Positions 43,074-53,028 are shown, counted from the first letter of the stretch. The stretch: DNA of 64,000 bases from Clostridia bacterium (GCA_035561095.1 DATMYE010000004.1:7675-71674), one strand, 5' to 3'. Notes: a model not told the origin generated them from the letters alone. Numbers and translations are program-made.

Positions 43074-45020
43074 ATGCATATGATCACGTTTCGACACCAT
43101 TCCAGATTTCTCTCGTTTCGCAGGCCGCAGGGTGCGGTTTCCTGTAATACGAGCGTACAAATCGAGGCCGAGATCGGCGGGGACCCCGCCGCACGCGTAC
43201 AGTTGCGCCTGTATAACCAGCTCGGTGTCGAGTCATTTTTCGACATGACGATCGAGGGCGGCCGCGCGCGCGGGGAGATTCCCATGCCGGGCGTGCCGTG
43301 CCTTGTTTGGTATTATTTCATCATCCGTACGCCGGACGGGCGCACGCAGTACTACGGCGCGGACAGCGGCGAAGGCCGGCTGGAGTCCCACGCGCCGCGC
43401 TCATATCAGATCACGGTCTATGACGGCGCGTTCCAGACGCCCGCACACTGGCGCGAAGGCATCGTCTACCAGATCTTCCCCGACCGGTTCCGCAGGAGCA
43501 GCTGGGAGGATTTCCGCGAGCGCGCGAAGTATCATGCAAACCTTGGCAGGTTCCTGCGCATCCACGACCGCTGGAGCGAGGACGTTTGCTTTACAGCGGC
43601 ACCCGGCGCAGAGGACTATGAACCCAACGACTTTTTCGGCGGAGACATCAACGGCGTCCGCGAAAAGCTCGGCTATCTTGCGTCTCTGGGCGTGACGACG
43701 ATCTATCTTAACCCGGTGTTCGAGTCCGCAAGCAACCACCGCTATGACACGGCGGACTATCACCGCATTGACCCGATCTTCGGCAGCGAGGACGATTTCC
43801 GCGCGCTCTGCGCGGAGGCGAAGGAGCAGGGCATCCGCATCATGCTCGACGGCGTGTTTTCGCACACTGGCGCAGACAGCCGCTATTTCGACAAATATTC
43901 ACGCTATGAAGAACTCGGCGCATATGAATCCGCCGATTCGAAGTACCGCAGCTGGTACCGCTTCGTGGGCGACAGCAAACAGTACGACAGCTGGTGGGGT
44001 TTTCCCACGTTGCCGAACGTCAACGAGCTGGAGCCGAGCTATACCGATTTTATCGCGGGAGAACAGGGCGTGCTCTCGCACTGGGCAAATGATGGCGCGA
44101 CCAGCTGGCGGCTGGACGTTGCGGACGAACTGCCGGACGAATTCATCCGCATCCTTAGAAAGCGCCTCAAACAGAACGATCCGGAGGGCGTGCTCCTCGG
44201 CGAAGTCTGGGAGGACTGCTCCAACAAATACGGCCCGGAGGGCAGACGCGGCTATGTCAACGGCGACGAGCTGGACAGCGCGATGAACTATCCCTTCATG
44301 GAAGCCGCGATTTCGTTTCTGACCGGACGCACGGACGCCTACGCGCTCGACCACGTGCTGCAAACCCTGCGGGAACGCTACCCGAGGCCGTTCTTCGAGG
44401 CTTGCCTGAACCTGATCAGCTCGCACGACATCATCCGCGCGGCGACCGCGCTCTCGGGCGCGCCCGACCGCAACTCGGTCTCGCGAAAGCTCCAGGCGGC
44501 GTATCAGCCAAACGAAGCCGACCAGCAAAAGGGTTACCTGCGTCTGATCCTCGCCGCGGCGCTCCAGATGGCGCTGCCGGGCGTGCCCTCCGTCTACTAT
44601 GGTGACGAGGCGGGCATGACGGGCATGAGCGACCCCTTCAACCGCGGGACCTACCCCTGGGGCTCGGAGAACGGGCAGGTGTTTGCGGGATACACAACCC
44701 TGATGCGCGCGCGCAAGGATAGCCCGGCGCTGAAGCGCGGGCTCTGCCGGATGGGCGCGCTCTCGCCGGAGGTCTACGCGATCCTGCGCTGGCTGCCGGA
44801 GAGCGGGGAGCAGGCGCTTCTGCTCGTCAACCGCGGAGAGCGGGATCAGCTGGTGACGCTGCACCCGGATGACATTCCGCAGGGCGCGGACGGCGAAAGC
44901 CCGGTTGCGCTCAACCGCACGCTTGTGGACGTGCTCACGGGAGACGAGATCGAGCCGCAGCACGGCGAGGTGGAAACGCGCATGCTGCCGATGAGCGCGC
45001 GGCTTTATTTAAGCAAGTAG
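43074..45020 (+). CDS. Cytoplasmic GH13 alpha-glycosidase (neopullulanase/cyclomaltodextrinase-like)
   Basis: Carries GH13 conserved regions: LDGVFSHTG, SWRLDVADELPDEF, LLGEVWED and LISSHD. There is no signal peptide. Confidence 0.88.
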   Translation: MHMITFRHHSRFLSFRRPQGAVSCNTSVQIEAEIGGDPAARVQLRLYNQLGVESFFDMTIEGGRARGEIPMPGVPCLVWYYFIIRTPDGRTQYYGADSGEGRLESHAPRSYQITVYDGAFQTPAHWREGIVYQIFPDRFRRSSWEDFRERAKYHANLGRFLRIHDRWSEDVCFTAAPGAEDYEPNDFFGGDINGVREKLGYLASLGVTTIYLNPVFESASNHRYDTADYHRIDPIFGSEDDFRALCAEAKEQGIRIMLDGVFSHTGADSRYFDKYSRYEELGAYESADSKYRSWYRFVGDSKQYDSWWGFPTLPNVNELEPSYTDFIAGEQGVLSHWANDGATSWRLDVADELPDEFIRILRKRLKQNDPEGVLLGEVWEDCSNKYGPEGRRGYVNGDELDSAMNYPFMEAAISFLTGRTDAYALDHVLQTLRERYPRPFFEACLNLISSHDIIRAATALSGAPDRNSVSRKLQAAYQPNEADQQKGYLRLILAAALQMALPGVPSVYYGDEAGMTGMSDPFNRGTYPWGSENGQVFAGYTTLMRARKDSPALKRGLCRMGALSPEVYAILRWLPESGEQALLLVNRGERDQLVTLHPDDIPQGADGESPVALNRTLVDVLTGDEIEPQHGEVETRMLPMSARLYLSK

Positions 45021-45085
45021 CAAAAGAATACGACGAATACAACGGCAAATTGCCGATTGAGATCAACCAAAGCGAGGGATACCGG

Positions 45086-45541
45086 ATGTTTCAACAGCAG
45101 AGAAGAGGAATCGACGAACTGGGACGCACAATGCTGATTACAGCGCTCGTGCTCTCCGTCATCGGCATGATCGTCTCAAAATCAGTCGGCTGGCTTAGAA
45201 TCGTCACCAGCCTGCTCAGCGGCGCGCTGCTTGTGCTGATCGTGCTGCGCATGTTCAGCAAGGACTACAACAAGCGCTATCAGGAGAACATGAAATACCT
45301 GACGTATGAGACCGCGGTCAAGCAGTGGTTTCAGCGCACGTTCCGCACCAAGGGCGCAGGCAGCGGCTACAGCGCGCCCAAAGCGAAGCGCGCGGGCAAG
45401 AACCCGACCTGGTCGGAGCTCAAGCAGTATAAGTACCTGATCTGCCCGCAGTGCGCCCAGCGCCTCCGCGTGCCGCGCGGCAAGGGCAGAATCCGCGTGA
45501 CCTGCACCAACTGCGGCAACGTGTTTGAAACACGCAGCTAA
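45086..45541 (+). CDS. Membrane protein with a C-terminal zinc ribbon
   Basis: Two N-terminal TM helices. The C-terminus reads CPQCAQRLRVPRGKGRIRVTCTNCGNVF. ATG 45086 is preceded by GAGGGA. Confidence 0.7.
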   Translation: MFQQQRRGIDELGRTMLITALVLSVIGMIVSKSVGWLRIVTSLLSGALLVLIVLRMFSKDYNKRYQENMKYLTYETAVKQWFQRTFRTKGAGSGYSAPKAKRAGKNPTWSELKQYKYLICPQCAQRLRVPRGKGRIRVTCTNCGNVFETRS

Positions 45542-45676
45542 ACCGTAGAGTTTGCCGAATCTCCACATTTTTCGGGCGTTTGTGTTGCAAAAAACACTTT
45601 ATTTTCTCGAAAATGATGATATACTACTAAATAGCTAGTGATTCAACGGCTGACTATTAGGTTGGAGGAACAAACC

Positions 45677-45877
45677 ATGCAGGCAACGAAAGATATGCTG
45701 ATCCAGCAGGTCATCGAGCTGGACGAAGGCACCGCCGATATTCTCATGAACGCGGGCATGCACTGCCTCGGCTGCGCGATGGCGCACGGCGAGAGCATTG
45801 AGCAGGCTTGTGCGGTGCACGGAATCAATTCCGATGCACTCATCGGCGAGATCAACGCGTACCTCGCGGGCAAGTAA
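45677..45877 (+). CDS. DUF1858-type small redox-disulfide-domain protein
   Basis: 66 aa with GGAGG upstream and an MHCLGCAMAHGESIEQAC motif. An extended -10 (TGaTATACT) lies at 45617-45625. Confidence 0.65.
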   Translation: MQATKDMLIQQVIELDEGTADILMNAGMHCLGCAMAHGESIEQACAVHGINSDALIGEINAYLAGK

Positions 45878-45905
45878 CGCGAGCGACGCTACAGCGTGCA
45901 AACCG

Positions 45906-45932
45906 GCCGCGTCGAAGCACGCGGCTTTTTTG
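45906..45932 (+). terminator. Rho-independent terminator
   Basis: GGCCGCGT-cgaagc-ACGCGGC followed by TTTTTT. Confidence 0.75.
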
Positions 45933-46056
45933 CGCGCTTTTTCCGGCAAAGATGCGGGTTGTTTCACATTCGTTCACATCCTGGACGGAAAAAAGGCATT
46001 CTCACAGAACTCGTTGCATGATACAATGTCTTTCGGATGCAGAAAGGACAGGGGCT

Positions 46057-46929
46057 ATGTTTGGCTATATCCGGCCGCTGGAATGCGAACTCAAGGTGCG
46101 GGAGCAGGCGGAGTACCGCGGCGTTTACTGCGGGCTTTGCAAGAGCATCGGCAGGCGATACGGGCAGATCGAGCGCCTGACGCTGAGCTATGACTGCGCG
46201 TTTCTCGCGCTGACGCTGTCCGCCCTCACCGGAGGCGCCTCCTTTACCCCCGGCAACTGCGGCCCGCGCGTTTATCGCGGCAAGCGGCCGATCGCCGATC
46301 CTTCTCCCGTTCTCGACTATGCAGCGGACGTAAACGTGCTGCTCGCGTGGTATAAAGCCGCGGACGACGCAGCCGACGAAAAGAGCGCAAAGGCAGCCGC
46401 GGCAAGGCTCGCGCTGGTGCGCGCCTACAAAAAAGCTGCGAAAGCGAATCCGCAGCTCGACGCCGCGATTCGCGAGAGCATGGATAAACTGCATGCGCTG
46501 GAGGCGCAGAAGACCGCCTCGACGGACGAACCCAGTAACGCCTTCGGCAGCCTGCTTGCCAGTGTGATCCTGCACGCGCCGATGTTGCCGGAGCAAGAGC
46601 GCACCGCCGCGCAATGGATGTACTATAACCTCGGCAAATGGATCTATTTGATCGACGCCTGGGACGACCGCGAGAAGGACGAAAAGAGCGGCAGCTATAA
46701 TCCGTTTCTTTTGACGAAGATGGAGCGGGAGCAGGGCGAGTTTCTGCTCAATATCACGCTCAACGAAGCCAAGAAGGGCTACGATCTGCTCAACCTCACC
46801 GCGCCAAGCGGGCTATTGGATAACATCATGACACTGGGACTTGTGCATGCGCAGGAGCGCGTGCTTTCGGGAGAGAGAGGCTGCGCGACGGGAACTGCCG
46901 CGCAGAAGGATAAAGGAGACAAGGAATGA
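46057..46929 (+). CDS. DUF5685-like protein (function unknown)
   Basis: Begins [36 protein letters not shown], an N-terminus I recall as typical of DUF5685 (from memory). The true start, ATG 46057, lies inside the longer track ORF. The stop overlaps the next ATG. Confidence 0.7.
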   Translation: MFGYIRPLECELKVREQAEYRGVYCGLCKSIGRRYGQIERLTLSYDCAFLALTLSALTGGASFTPGNCGPRVYRGKRPIADPSPVLDYAADVNVLLAWYKAADDAADEKSAKAAAARLALVRAYKKAAKANPQLDAAIRESMDKLHALEAQKTASTDEPSNAFGSLLASVILHAPMLPEQERTAAQWMYYNLGKWIYLIDAWDDREKDEKSGSYNPFLLTKMEREQGEFLLNITLNEAKKGYDLLNLTAPSGLLDNIMTLGLVHAQERVLSGERGCATGTAAQKDKGDKE

Positions 46930-47555
46930 ACCCCTACAAAGTGCTCGGCGTGAGCGAAAACGCCTCGCAAGAGGAGATCCGTGCGGCATATTTGGAACTG
47001 GTGAAGAAATATCACCCGGATAAATACGCGGACAATCCCCTCAAGGAGCTGGCGGGTGAGAAGCTCAAGGAGATCAATCAGGCCTACGAGATGCTCACCA
47101 AAAAGCAGTCGTCGGGCAACGGCGGCTACGGCTCGACCTCCGGCACATACGGTTCCTACAACGCTGGCGGCAACTATTCGCGCCCCGGCGGCACGGCCTA
47201 CAGCGGACCGTTTGCGGCGGAGTTTGCGCGCGCGCGCTCCTTTATCAACCAGAACAATCTCGACGCAGCACAGGCGATCCTCAACGGCATCTCCGTGCAC
47301 AACGCGGAGTGGAACTATCTTTCCGGCGTAATTTTCCTCCGGCAGGGTTCCTATCAACGCGCAACGGAGTGCTTCGGGCGTGCCTATGACGCGGAGCCGG
47401 ACAATGCGGAGTATCGCAACGCATATTCTTCGCTCAACAATTCCGGCAGAGTCTATCAGCGCGGCACCAACGGAAACATGGACGCCTCGCCCTGCTGCGA
47501 CGTTTGCAGTGCGCTGATGTGCCTCAACTGCTGCTGCGGCGGAGACTGCTGCTAA
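46926..47555 (+). CDS. J-domain (DnaJ-like) protein with a TPR-like middle and a 9-Cys C-terminal tail
   Basis: J-domain YKVLGV...KKYHPDK (HPD motif present). The last 20 residues, [20 protein letters not shown], contain 9 Cys. It is ATGA-coupled to the upstream gene. Confidence 0.85.
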   Translation: MNPYKVLGVSENASQEEIRAAYLELVKKYHPDKYADNPLKELAGEKLKEINQAYEMLTKKQSSGNGGYGSTSGTYGSYNAGGNYSRPGGTAYSGPFAAEFARARSFINQNNLDAAQAILNGISVHNAEWNYLSGVIFLRQGSYQRATECFGRAYDAEPDNAEYRNAYSSLNNSGRVYQRGTNGNMDASPCCDVCSALMCLNCCCGGDCC

Positions 47556-47609
47556 CGCGCATCAACAGAGCCCTGCGGGCTCTGCAATTCTGAAAAAAGC
47601 CTCACTTAC

Positions 47610-47641
47610 AAAAAAAACAGCGCGAAAGCGCTGTTTTTTTA
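47610..47641. terminator. Bidirectional terminator between convergent genes
   Basis: A8-CAGCGC-gaaa-GCGCTG-T7. Confidence 0.85.
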
Positions 47642-48256
47642 TTATATGTTGTTATCCTGAACGGAGTCGATGACGATGTCGCATTGCGGCAGGATGTTCA
47701 GCGCCTCGAAGTATTTGTTCTCAAGCGGAATCCAGCGGCTTTCGAACACCTTCAGCGCCGCTTTGCCGTTGCGCTTGAGGATGCGGCTGAGCTGCAGCGC
47801 GGGATCGATCCGGCAGAACACGTTGAGATCATAGTACGGCGCGAGCAGCGGATGGAGGCTGTATGCGCCCTCGACGAGCACGATCTTCCTCGGCGATACC
47901 GCAACCGGCGGCAGCAGCAGGTTTTCGTGACAATCATATCTGCGCACCTGCGCCGTCTCGCCACGCAGCGCGGGCAGCAGCGCCTCCGCGAGGAACCGCT
48001 CCGCGTCCACGTTTCCGCCGGGCTTACTCAGGCGGTTTGGCGTGCGCGTATGTGGCTGGAGAAAATAGTCGTCCAGATGGAACACGTTTGCGTCGAGCAG
48101 CTTGCTCAAACGCTCCGACATTGTGGTTTTGCCCGCGCAGCACATGCCGTCGATGGCGACGAGCACGCGCTCCCGCGATTGCATCAGCTGTGCGATGCGT
48201 GTTTGAATCTCCCGATCTGCTTCTCCAGAGAAGACGGACTGCTGTTTTTCCGGCAT
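47642..48256 (-). CDS. P-loop nucleoside/uridine kinase-like protein
   Basis: Walker A VAIDGMCCAGKTTMSERL. It is 204 aa. Confidence 0.7.
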   Translation of the reverse strand: MPEKQQSVFSGEADREIQTRIAQLMQSRERVLVAIDGMCCAGKTTMSERLSKLLDANVFHLDDYFLQPHTRTPNRLSKPGGNVDAERFLAEALLPALRGETAQVRRYDCHENLLLPPVAVSPRKIVLVEGAYSLHPLLAPYYDLNVFCRIDPALQLSRILKRNGKAALKVFESRWIPLENKYFEALNILPQCDIVIDSVQDNNI

Positions 48257-48356
48257 GAATACCCCTTATCTTTTGTCGATGTGCAGATGAGCACACCCAA
48301 ATATTATAGCACAATTGTCGGATGCAGTTGCAATCACATGCGATTTCCTCAGCACC

Positions 48357-48389
48357 TAAAACAAAACCGCCCGCGGATTCCGCAGGCGG
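48357..48389 (-). terminator. Rho-independent terminator after the BadF-type kinase gene
   Basis: Minus-strand stem CCGCC.GCGG / CCGC.GGCGG followed by TTTTGTTTT. Confidence 0.6.
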
Positions 48390-48405
48390 ATGGAAGCGAT
48401 GCGAG

Positions 48406-49356
48406 TCAGATTCCAAATGCAAGATGGTTCCGCTGGCGAACCCAGCGAACCGCGCCGTCGACGGGGAGACGGTCGTTGACACGCAGGGTAAAGTACTTGC
48501 CTTTGCGGCGGAACAGTTCATATTCGATCATCCGTCGGTAAGCAGGCGGCGCGACGGCCGACATGATTGAGCCGGATAGCGCGACAGGCACCAGCGCCTT
48601 GAATCCAAGCGCGTCCGAAACCGCGACGATACAGTCCGCAGCATGGCTCGCCGAAAGCGCGGCATAGCGCAGGGCAAGCTCGTCGCCCGTCTCAACCGCG
48701 GTGAAAAACAGCCCGATCAGCTGGCGCGCGGCTTCCTCGTTTTGCATGCGTGCCGCGGAGGCGAGGAACGCTTCCGGCGTGCGCACGTCAAAGAGGGTAA
48801 AATACGCGTCCTTGAGCGCGGTATAGGCTTTTCCGAAAAAGAGATGCTGATAGACGCTGCGGTAGACGAACGCCGCGATATCAAACCCGCCGCCCGTATC
48901 GCCGCAGAGCACGCCGATGCCGCCGAACTGCGCGCGCTTGCCTTCCGCGTTCATGCCCGCACAAGTGACGCCGCTGCCCGCCGAATAACAGATGCCGACG
49001 CCGGTTTCGATGCCGGCCATCACACCCAAGTAACCATCGTTGCAGACGAAGCTCTGCTTGAGCCCGCGTACGCGCAGCGCCTGCTGCAGCGCGAGGGCTT
49101 GCTCCTCATAGTCTGCCCCGGCGAGACCCAGAACGGCATCTCCAACATCGTCCAGCGTGTAGTTCTGCGATTCGAGCAGCTCCTCAATCGATCCAATCAG
49201 CAAATCCGCCGCGCCGTCAAATCCGCCGGGCAGCGTCTCGTGGTTGCTTGGGCCGCCGCGTTGCGCGGCAATGACCATGCCGGACGCATTGAGCAAGCGG
49301 TATTCGGTTTTCGAGTTGCCTCCGTCAACGGCCAGATAGCAGCGTTTCTCGTCCAT
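48406..49356 (-). CDS. BadF/BadG/BcrA/BcrD-type ATPase (N-acetylglucosamine kinase-like)
   Basis: The N-terminus YLAVDGGNSKTEY is the ASKHA phosphate-1 motif. ATG 49356 has AAGGAA upstream. Confidence 0.75.
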   Translation of the reverse strand: MDEKRCYLAVDGGNSKTEYRLLNASGMVIAAQRGGPSNHETLPGGFDGAADLLIGSIEELLESQNYTLDDVGDAVLGLAGADYEEQALALQQALRVRGLKQSFVCNDGYLGVMAGIETGVGICYSAGSGVTCAGMNAEGKRAQFGGIGVLCGDTGGGFDIAAFVYRSVYQHLFFGKAYTALKDAYFTLFDVRTPEAFLASAARMQNEEAARQLIGLFFTAVETGDELALRYAALSASHAADCIVAVSDALGFKALVPVALSGSIMSAVAPPAYRRMIEYELFRRKGKYFTLRVNDRLPVDGAVRWVRQRNHLAFGI

Positions 49357-49410
49357 GGCAGCAGTTCCTTGCAACGGTATATTTCACGCGATTTGGCGGA
49401 ATATGCAAAT

Positions 49411-50697
49411 TCAATCGAAGAAATGAGGTAGAAGGGAACGGTTTTGCAGGAGCATTTCACTTAGACACGGCGCGGCTTTGTCCAGATCGGCCGTGATGGG
49501 ATTGCATGCGAGCGCCTGCAATGCGGTTTTGCGGTCTCCCGTGATCGCGGCCTGCACCGCGAGGGTTTCATACGCCTTGACGCTGATGAGCAGCGAGCGC
49601 AGCACGTCGCCCGGCGCAACGGTCGCCGGAACGCGCTGGATGGTGTCTTTTTCCACAAAGCAACTGGTTTCGATGACGCTGTTGTCCGGCAAAAAGTCCA
49701 GCACACCCTGGTTTTGCACATCCACAACGTGATAGCCGGGCGCGGCGCCGGAGAGCGACGCGATCAGCGCGATGGCGGCCTCGGAGTAGAGATGGCCTCC
49801 GCGCTCCGCGAGCATCGACGGGATCGTGCGGTTCCGCTCGTCTGCATAATAGGATAAGAGGCGCGTTTCGATCTCCACACATGCCTCTCCGCGCGTTTGC
49901 GCGGCAGAAAGCTGCTCGTTCAGTTTGCGTTCACGGTAGAAGAAATATTGCAGATAGTCGTTGGGAATGGCACCCAGCAACTCAATGATCGGACGATAGG
50001 TTTGAATCCAGGGTTCGTGCCCGGCTGCCTGCGCGAGCGAAGCGGCCTCCAGCAGCTGCGGAAGCACGTTCTTTCCGCCGGCATGCACCGCCGTAATCGC
50101 GCCGCAGTGGTTTAACGACGCGGTCTCAAGCCGCACCTGATCCATTGGGAGCTGCATCAGCTTTGCGATGCGCTCCTGCGCGCCGATGGGGAGATTGCAT
50201 AAGCCGACCGCTTTGATCGGCGTGTGATTGAGCAGAAACTCTGTGACGATGCCGGACGGGTTGGAGAAGTTGATGAGCCAGGCCTGCGGCGCATAGCGCT
50301 CGATGGCGGCTGCGATCTCTGCCATCTGCGGAATCGTCCGCAGCGCGTTGGTAAAGCCGCCGATGCCGGTCGTCTCCTGCCCGATGAGGCCGAAGCGCAG
50401 GGGAATCTTCTCGTCGCGGATGCGGGCTTCCAGCTTGCCTGCGCGGATCTGCGCCACGACAAAGTCTGCGCCGTCCAGCGCGCGCGGGAGATCTTTTGTG
50501 CGGGTGATGCGCGGCTCCATGCCGTTTTCCAGCAGCACGCGCTCGCAGAATTCGCCGACGATGTTCAGGCGGGATTCGTCGATATCGCTCAGGCGCAGTT
50601 CTTCAAGCGGGAGGATGTCCTTTCGGCGAATCAATCCATGCATCAGCTCCGGGCAATAGGTGCTGCCCGCACCGACAATTGCCAGCTTGATTCCCAT
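49411..50697 (-). CDS. GH4 family 6-phospho-beta-glucosidase
   Basis: Begins MGIKLAIVGAGSTYCPEL (NAD-binding) and contains NFSNP and GLCN motifs. GGAGG lies upstream. Confidence 0.88.
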   Translation of the reverse strand: MGIKLAIVGAGSTYCPELMHGLIRRKDILPLEELRLSDIDESRLNIVGEFCERVLLENGMEPRITRTKDLPRALDGADFVVAQIRAGKLEARIRDEKIPLRFGLIGQETTGIGGFTNALRTIPQMAEIAAAIERYAPQAWLINFSNPSGIVTEFLLNHTPIKAVGLCNLPIGAQERIAKLMQLPMDQVRLETASLNHCGAITAVHAGGKNVLPQLLEAASLAQAAGHEPWIQTYRPIIELLGAIPNDYLQYFFYRERKLNEQLSAAQTRGEACVEIETRLLSYYADERNRTIPSMLAERGGHLYSEAAIALIASLSGAAPGYHVVDVQNQGVLDFLPDNSVIETSCFVEKDTIQRVPATVAPGDVLRSLLISVKAYETLAVQAAITGDRKTALQALACNPITADLDKAAPCLSEMLLQNRSLLPHFFD

Positions 50698-51667
50698 ATG
50701 GCGCCTCCTGAAGAACGATAAGCAAACAACGATAGGCTTGTAAAAAACGCATAAGCAACATCGATTTATACATCAACGCGATGCTAAGTATATCACAGTT
50801 CGATTTCTCGTTTCCATCATAATCTTGTAAAATCGAATCACTTTCAGGAAAAAATATTGCATTGCAACTATATAAATTCGGAATATTAGTATATTCACAA
50901 TGTAACACGGTATAAAATGTCGAAGAAGTAAGAAAGTATAAACCTTCCGGAATGCGCCTAAGTCCGCGATTCTGCTGATCTTTACGTGTAAAAGAGTAAA
51001 ATGGATGATACTGCGAGGAAAGTCGCGCGCACGCGCAAGGAAGGGCATCGATTGTCAGCATGCAACAGAACCGAACGACCCAATGGTACACAGGCACCGC
51101 AAAGAAGCGAACGCATAATCGAATACGGATTGCATGCGGACGCGTACCGGTTTCCGGATTTAATCGCGGAAACAGTACATATCCGCTTCGTTAAATAAAC
51201 GTTTAAGGTCTCTGCGCGTAAAAAAGTTCATGATACTTGTATATATGACGTGAAAAAGCACAAAGTACCGGGCGTATCCTTATCAAATATGATTTGTTTT
51301 TTTACGAGCGGAAGTTTGCGCAAGCAAACGAAAAACGCTTGCCTTGCGTTGCGGACACGATTCGCGTCACAAAATATTTTTGTTTCGCGCGCACGGTCAA
51401 AAATATACAAAAGTGCAGATAAGTGTATAATAAGATACTTCAATATGTCAGAATCTTGTAAATTCACGAAAAAAAGTTTTCAATAATCTTCATTCTGGCT
51501 CTTTTCATCTGGCCAAGACTATAGTAAAATAAGTTGTACGGTTCTTCCGAGTACCAGTGAGGACAGAGCCGCGCACGCCAGGCGAACAGCCTGCGTCACC
51601 TGTATGGAGCGCTTTAATTCCAAAGGAAGCGCCCACTGTTTTTATCAGTTAGAGGAGAGAGAACAAA

Positions 51668-52003
51668 ATGGACATTGGAGCAAGCATCAAGAGACTTCGC
51701 AAGTCGCATGGCGAAACGCAGCAGCAGCTTGGCGAAGCAGTAGGCGTTGTGCAGCAATCCGTTGCTGCATGGGAATCCAACCGTTGTATGCCGGACATCG
51801 CGTCCCTCGTGGCGATCGCGACCCACTACAACACCTCGACCGACAGCATTCTTGGTCTCACCGAGGAGCCGAGCTATCTGTTCGACACGGAGGGCATGCA
51901 GTCGTACCGTAACGACGTGGCACTGGCCGACCGCCTGCCGAACGAGATCCGTGAAGGCGTGCTGGCACTGATCCGCCTCGAGCGCGTCAAATACGGCCGC
52001 TAA
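51668..52003 (+). CDS. XRE-family helix-turn-helix transcriptional regulator
   Basis: Contains IKRLRKSHGETQQQLGEAVGVVQQSVAAWESNRCMPDIASLVAIATHYNTSTDSILG, a Cro/CI-type HTH. AGAGGAGAGAG lies upstream. Confidence 0.85.
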   Translation: MDIGASIKRLRKSHGETQQQLGEAVGVVQQSVAAWESNRCMPDIASLVAIATHYNTSTDSILGLTEEPSYLFDTEGMQSYRNDVALADRLPNEIREGVLALIRLERVKYGR

Positions 52004-52134
52004 AGCGTGCATATCTTCCACCGGCCCCGGGAGGATATGAACATTTCGAACCAATCGTGTCTATTCTGACCGTTTCATACAAGTAACCCTCCATCGGCCC
52101 CGGGAGGGATACCACAAGGCCCATCGCATTAATA

Positions 52135-52198
52135 GGAAACAAACCAGCACCGCACCCGAAGACGGGTGTTGCATCCGGTTTGTTTCCTGTTTGTTTTT
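52135..52198 (+). terminator. Long-stem rho-independent terminator
   Basis: 11-bp outer stem GGAAACAAACC / GGTTTGTTTCC with an inner CACCCG-aaga-CGGGTG, followed by TGTTTGTTTTT. Confidence 0.8.
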
Positions 52199-52356
52199 AG
52201 AATGATTGCGCACGCATACTTCCTGCGCTTACGCCGTAATGAACGGATTGCATACAAACATACAGTATGCAAAAGGGTTGCAACGCGCGGCTTCATCATA
52301 TATAATGCACGTAGACCGTTTCTTGTGTTCAACTCTCAATCTATATGAGGTGAATT

Positions 52357-53028
52357 ATGGATTACAAAGCCATAGCGGAACAGGTGGGGCCGCGCGTCGG
52401 CGCCACGCAGGAGTGGATCTTTCACGTTCTGCGCGAGGGCATCATCAGCGGGAAACTTCCCGGCGGCATGCAGCTCAAGCAGGATGAAATCTCCGCGGCG
52501 CTGAACGTCAGCCACATTCCCGTGCGCGAGGCGCTCAGAAGGCTGGAGGCGCAGGGTCTCGTCCGCATCCACGCAAACCGCGGAGCCGCGGTGACGGAGC
52601 TTACCCGCAGCGAGCTGCTGGACATGATGGAAGTCCGCGCGACGCTCTCGGTCATGATGCTGCGAAACAGCGCGCCCATGCTGACCAGATCCGACTTCGA
52701 CGCGCTGGAGGAGATTGTCCGCCAGCAGCGCGAAACCACGGGAGAGGACATCGTCCGCTCCGAAGAGCTCAACTACAAGTTTCACGAGATTCTGACCTCC
52801 CACGCGAAGAACTCGATGGCAAACTTCCTGCTCGAGCTCGTGCACGCGAACATCGACCGCTATCTGCGCTCGAACTTCTACGGCTCGGCACAGACGCGCG
52901 AAATCTCGATCAACGAGCATGAAGCGATCATCCAGACCTGCCGCGAGGGAGATTTCGAGAGCGCATGCAACCTGCTGCGCGACCACATCCTCAACGCCAA
53001 GCAGTTCATCCCGACCTCAATGAAGTAA
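52357..53028 (+). CDS. GntR-family transcriptional regulator (FadR/FCD subfamily)
   Basis: The N-terminal wHTH reads LKQDEISAALNVSHIPVREALRRLEAQGLV. The C-terminal domain is helical and FCD-like. Confidence 0.88.
   Translation: MDYKAIAEQVGPRVGATQEWIFHVLREGIISGKLPGGMQLKQDEISAALNVSHIPVREALRRLEAQGLVRIHANRGAAVTELTRSELLDMMEVRATLSVMMLRNSAPMLTRSDFDALEEIVRQQRETTGEDIVRSEELNYKFHEILTSHAKNSMANFLLELVHANIDRYLRSNFYGSAQTREISINEHEAIIQTCREGDFESACNLLRDHILNAKQFIPTSMK

Noticed and set aside
50603-51486. Short ORFs inside the AT-rich gap: 51001-51198(+), 50773-51048(-), 51228-51467(-), 51250-51486(+), 50603-51097(-).
   Set aside because: They have no RBS, are mutually overlapping, and their translations have AT-biased composition (F/I/K/L/Y-rich or Arg-rich) without recognisable motifs. 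They were not called as genes. The region is reported as a non-coding oddity instead.
52037-52069. A 10-codon micro-ORF (MNISNQSCLF) just after a GGGAGG, downstream of the XRE regulator. It could be a signalling peptide as in RRNPP systems.
   Set aside because: The GGGAGG is only 2 nt from the ATG, which is poor SD spacing. The regulator is a 111-aa Cro/CI-type protein without the TPR domain of RRNPP receptors. The GGGAGG is part of a duplicated hairpin motif.
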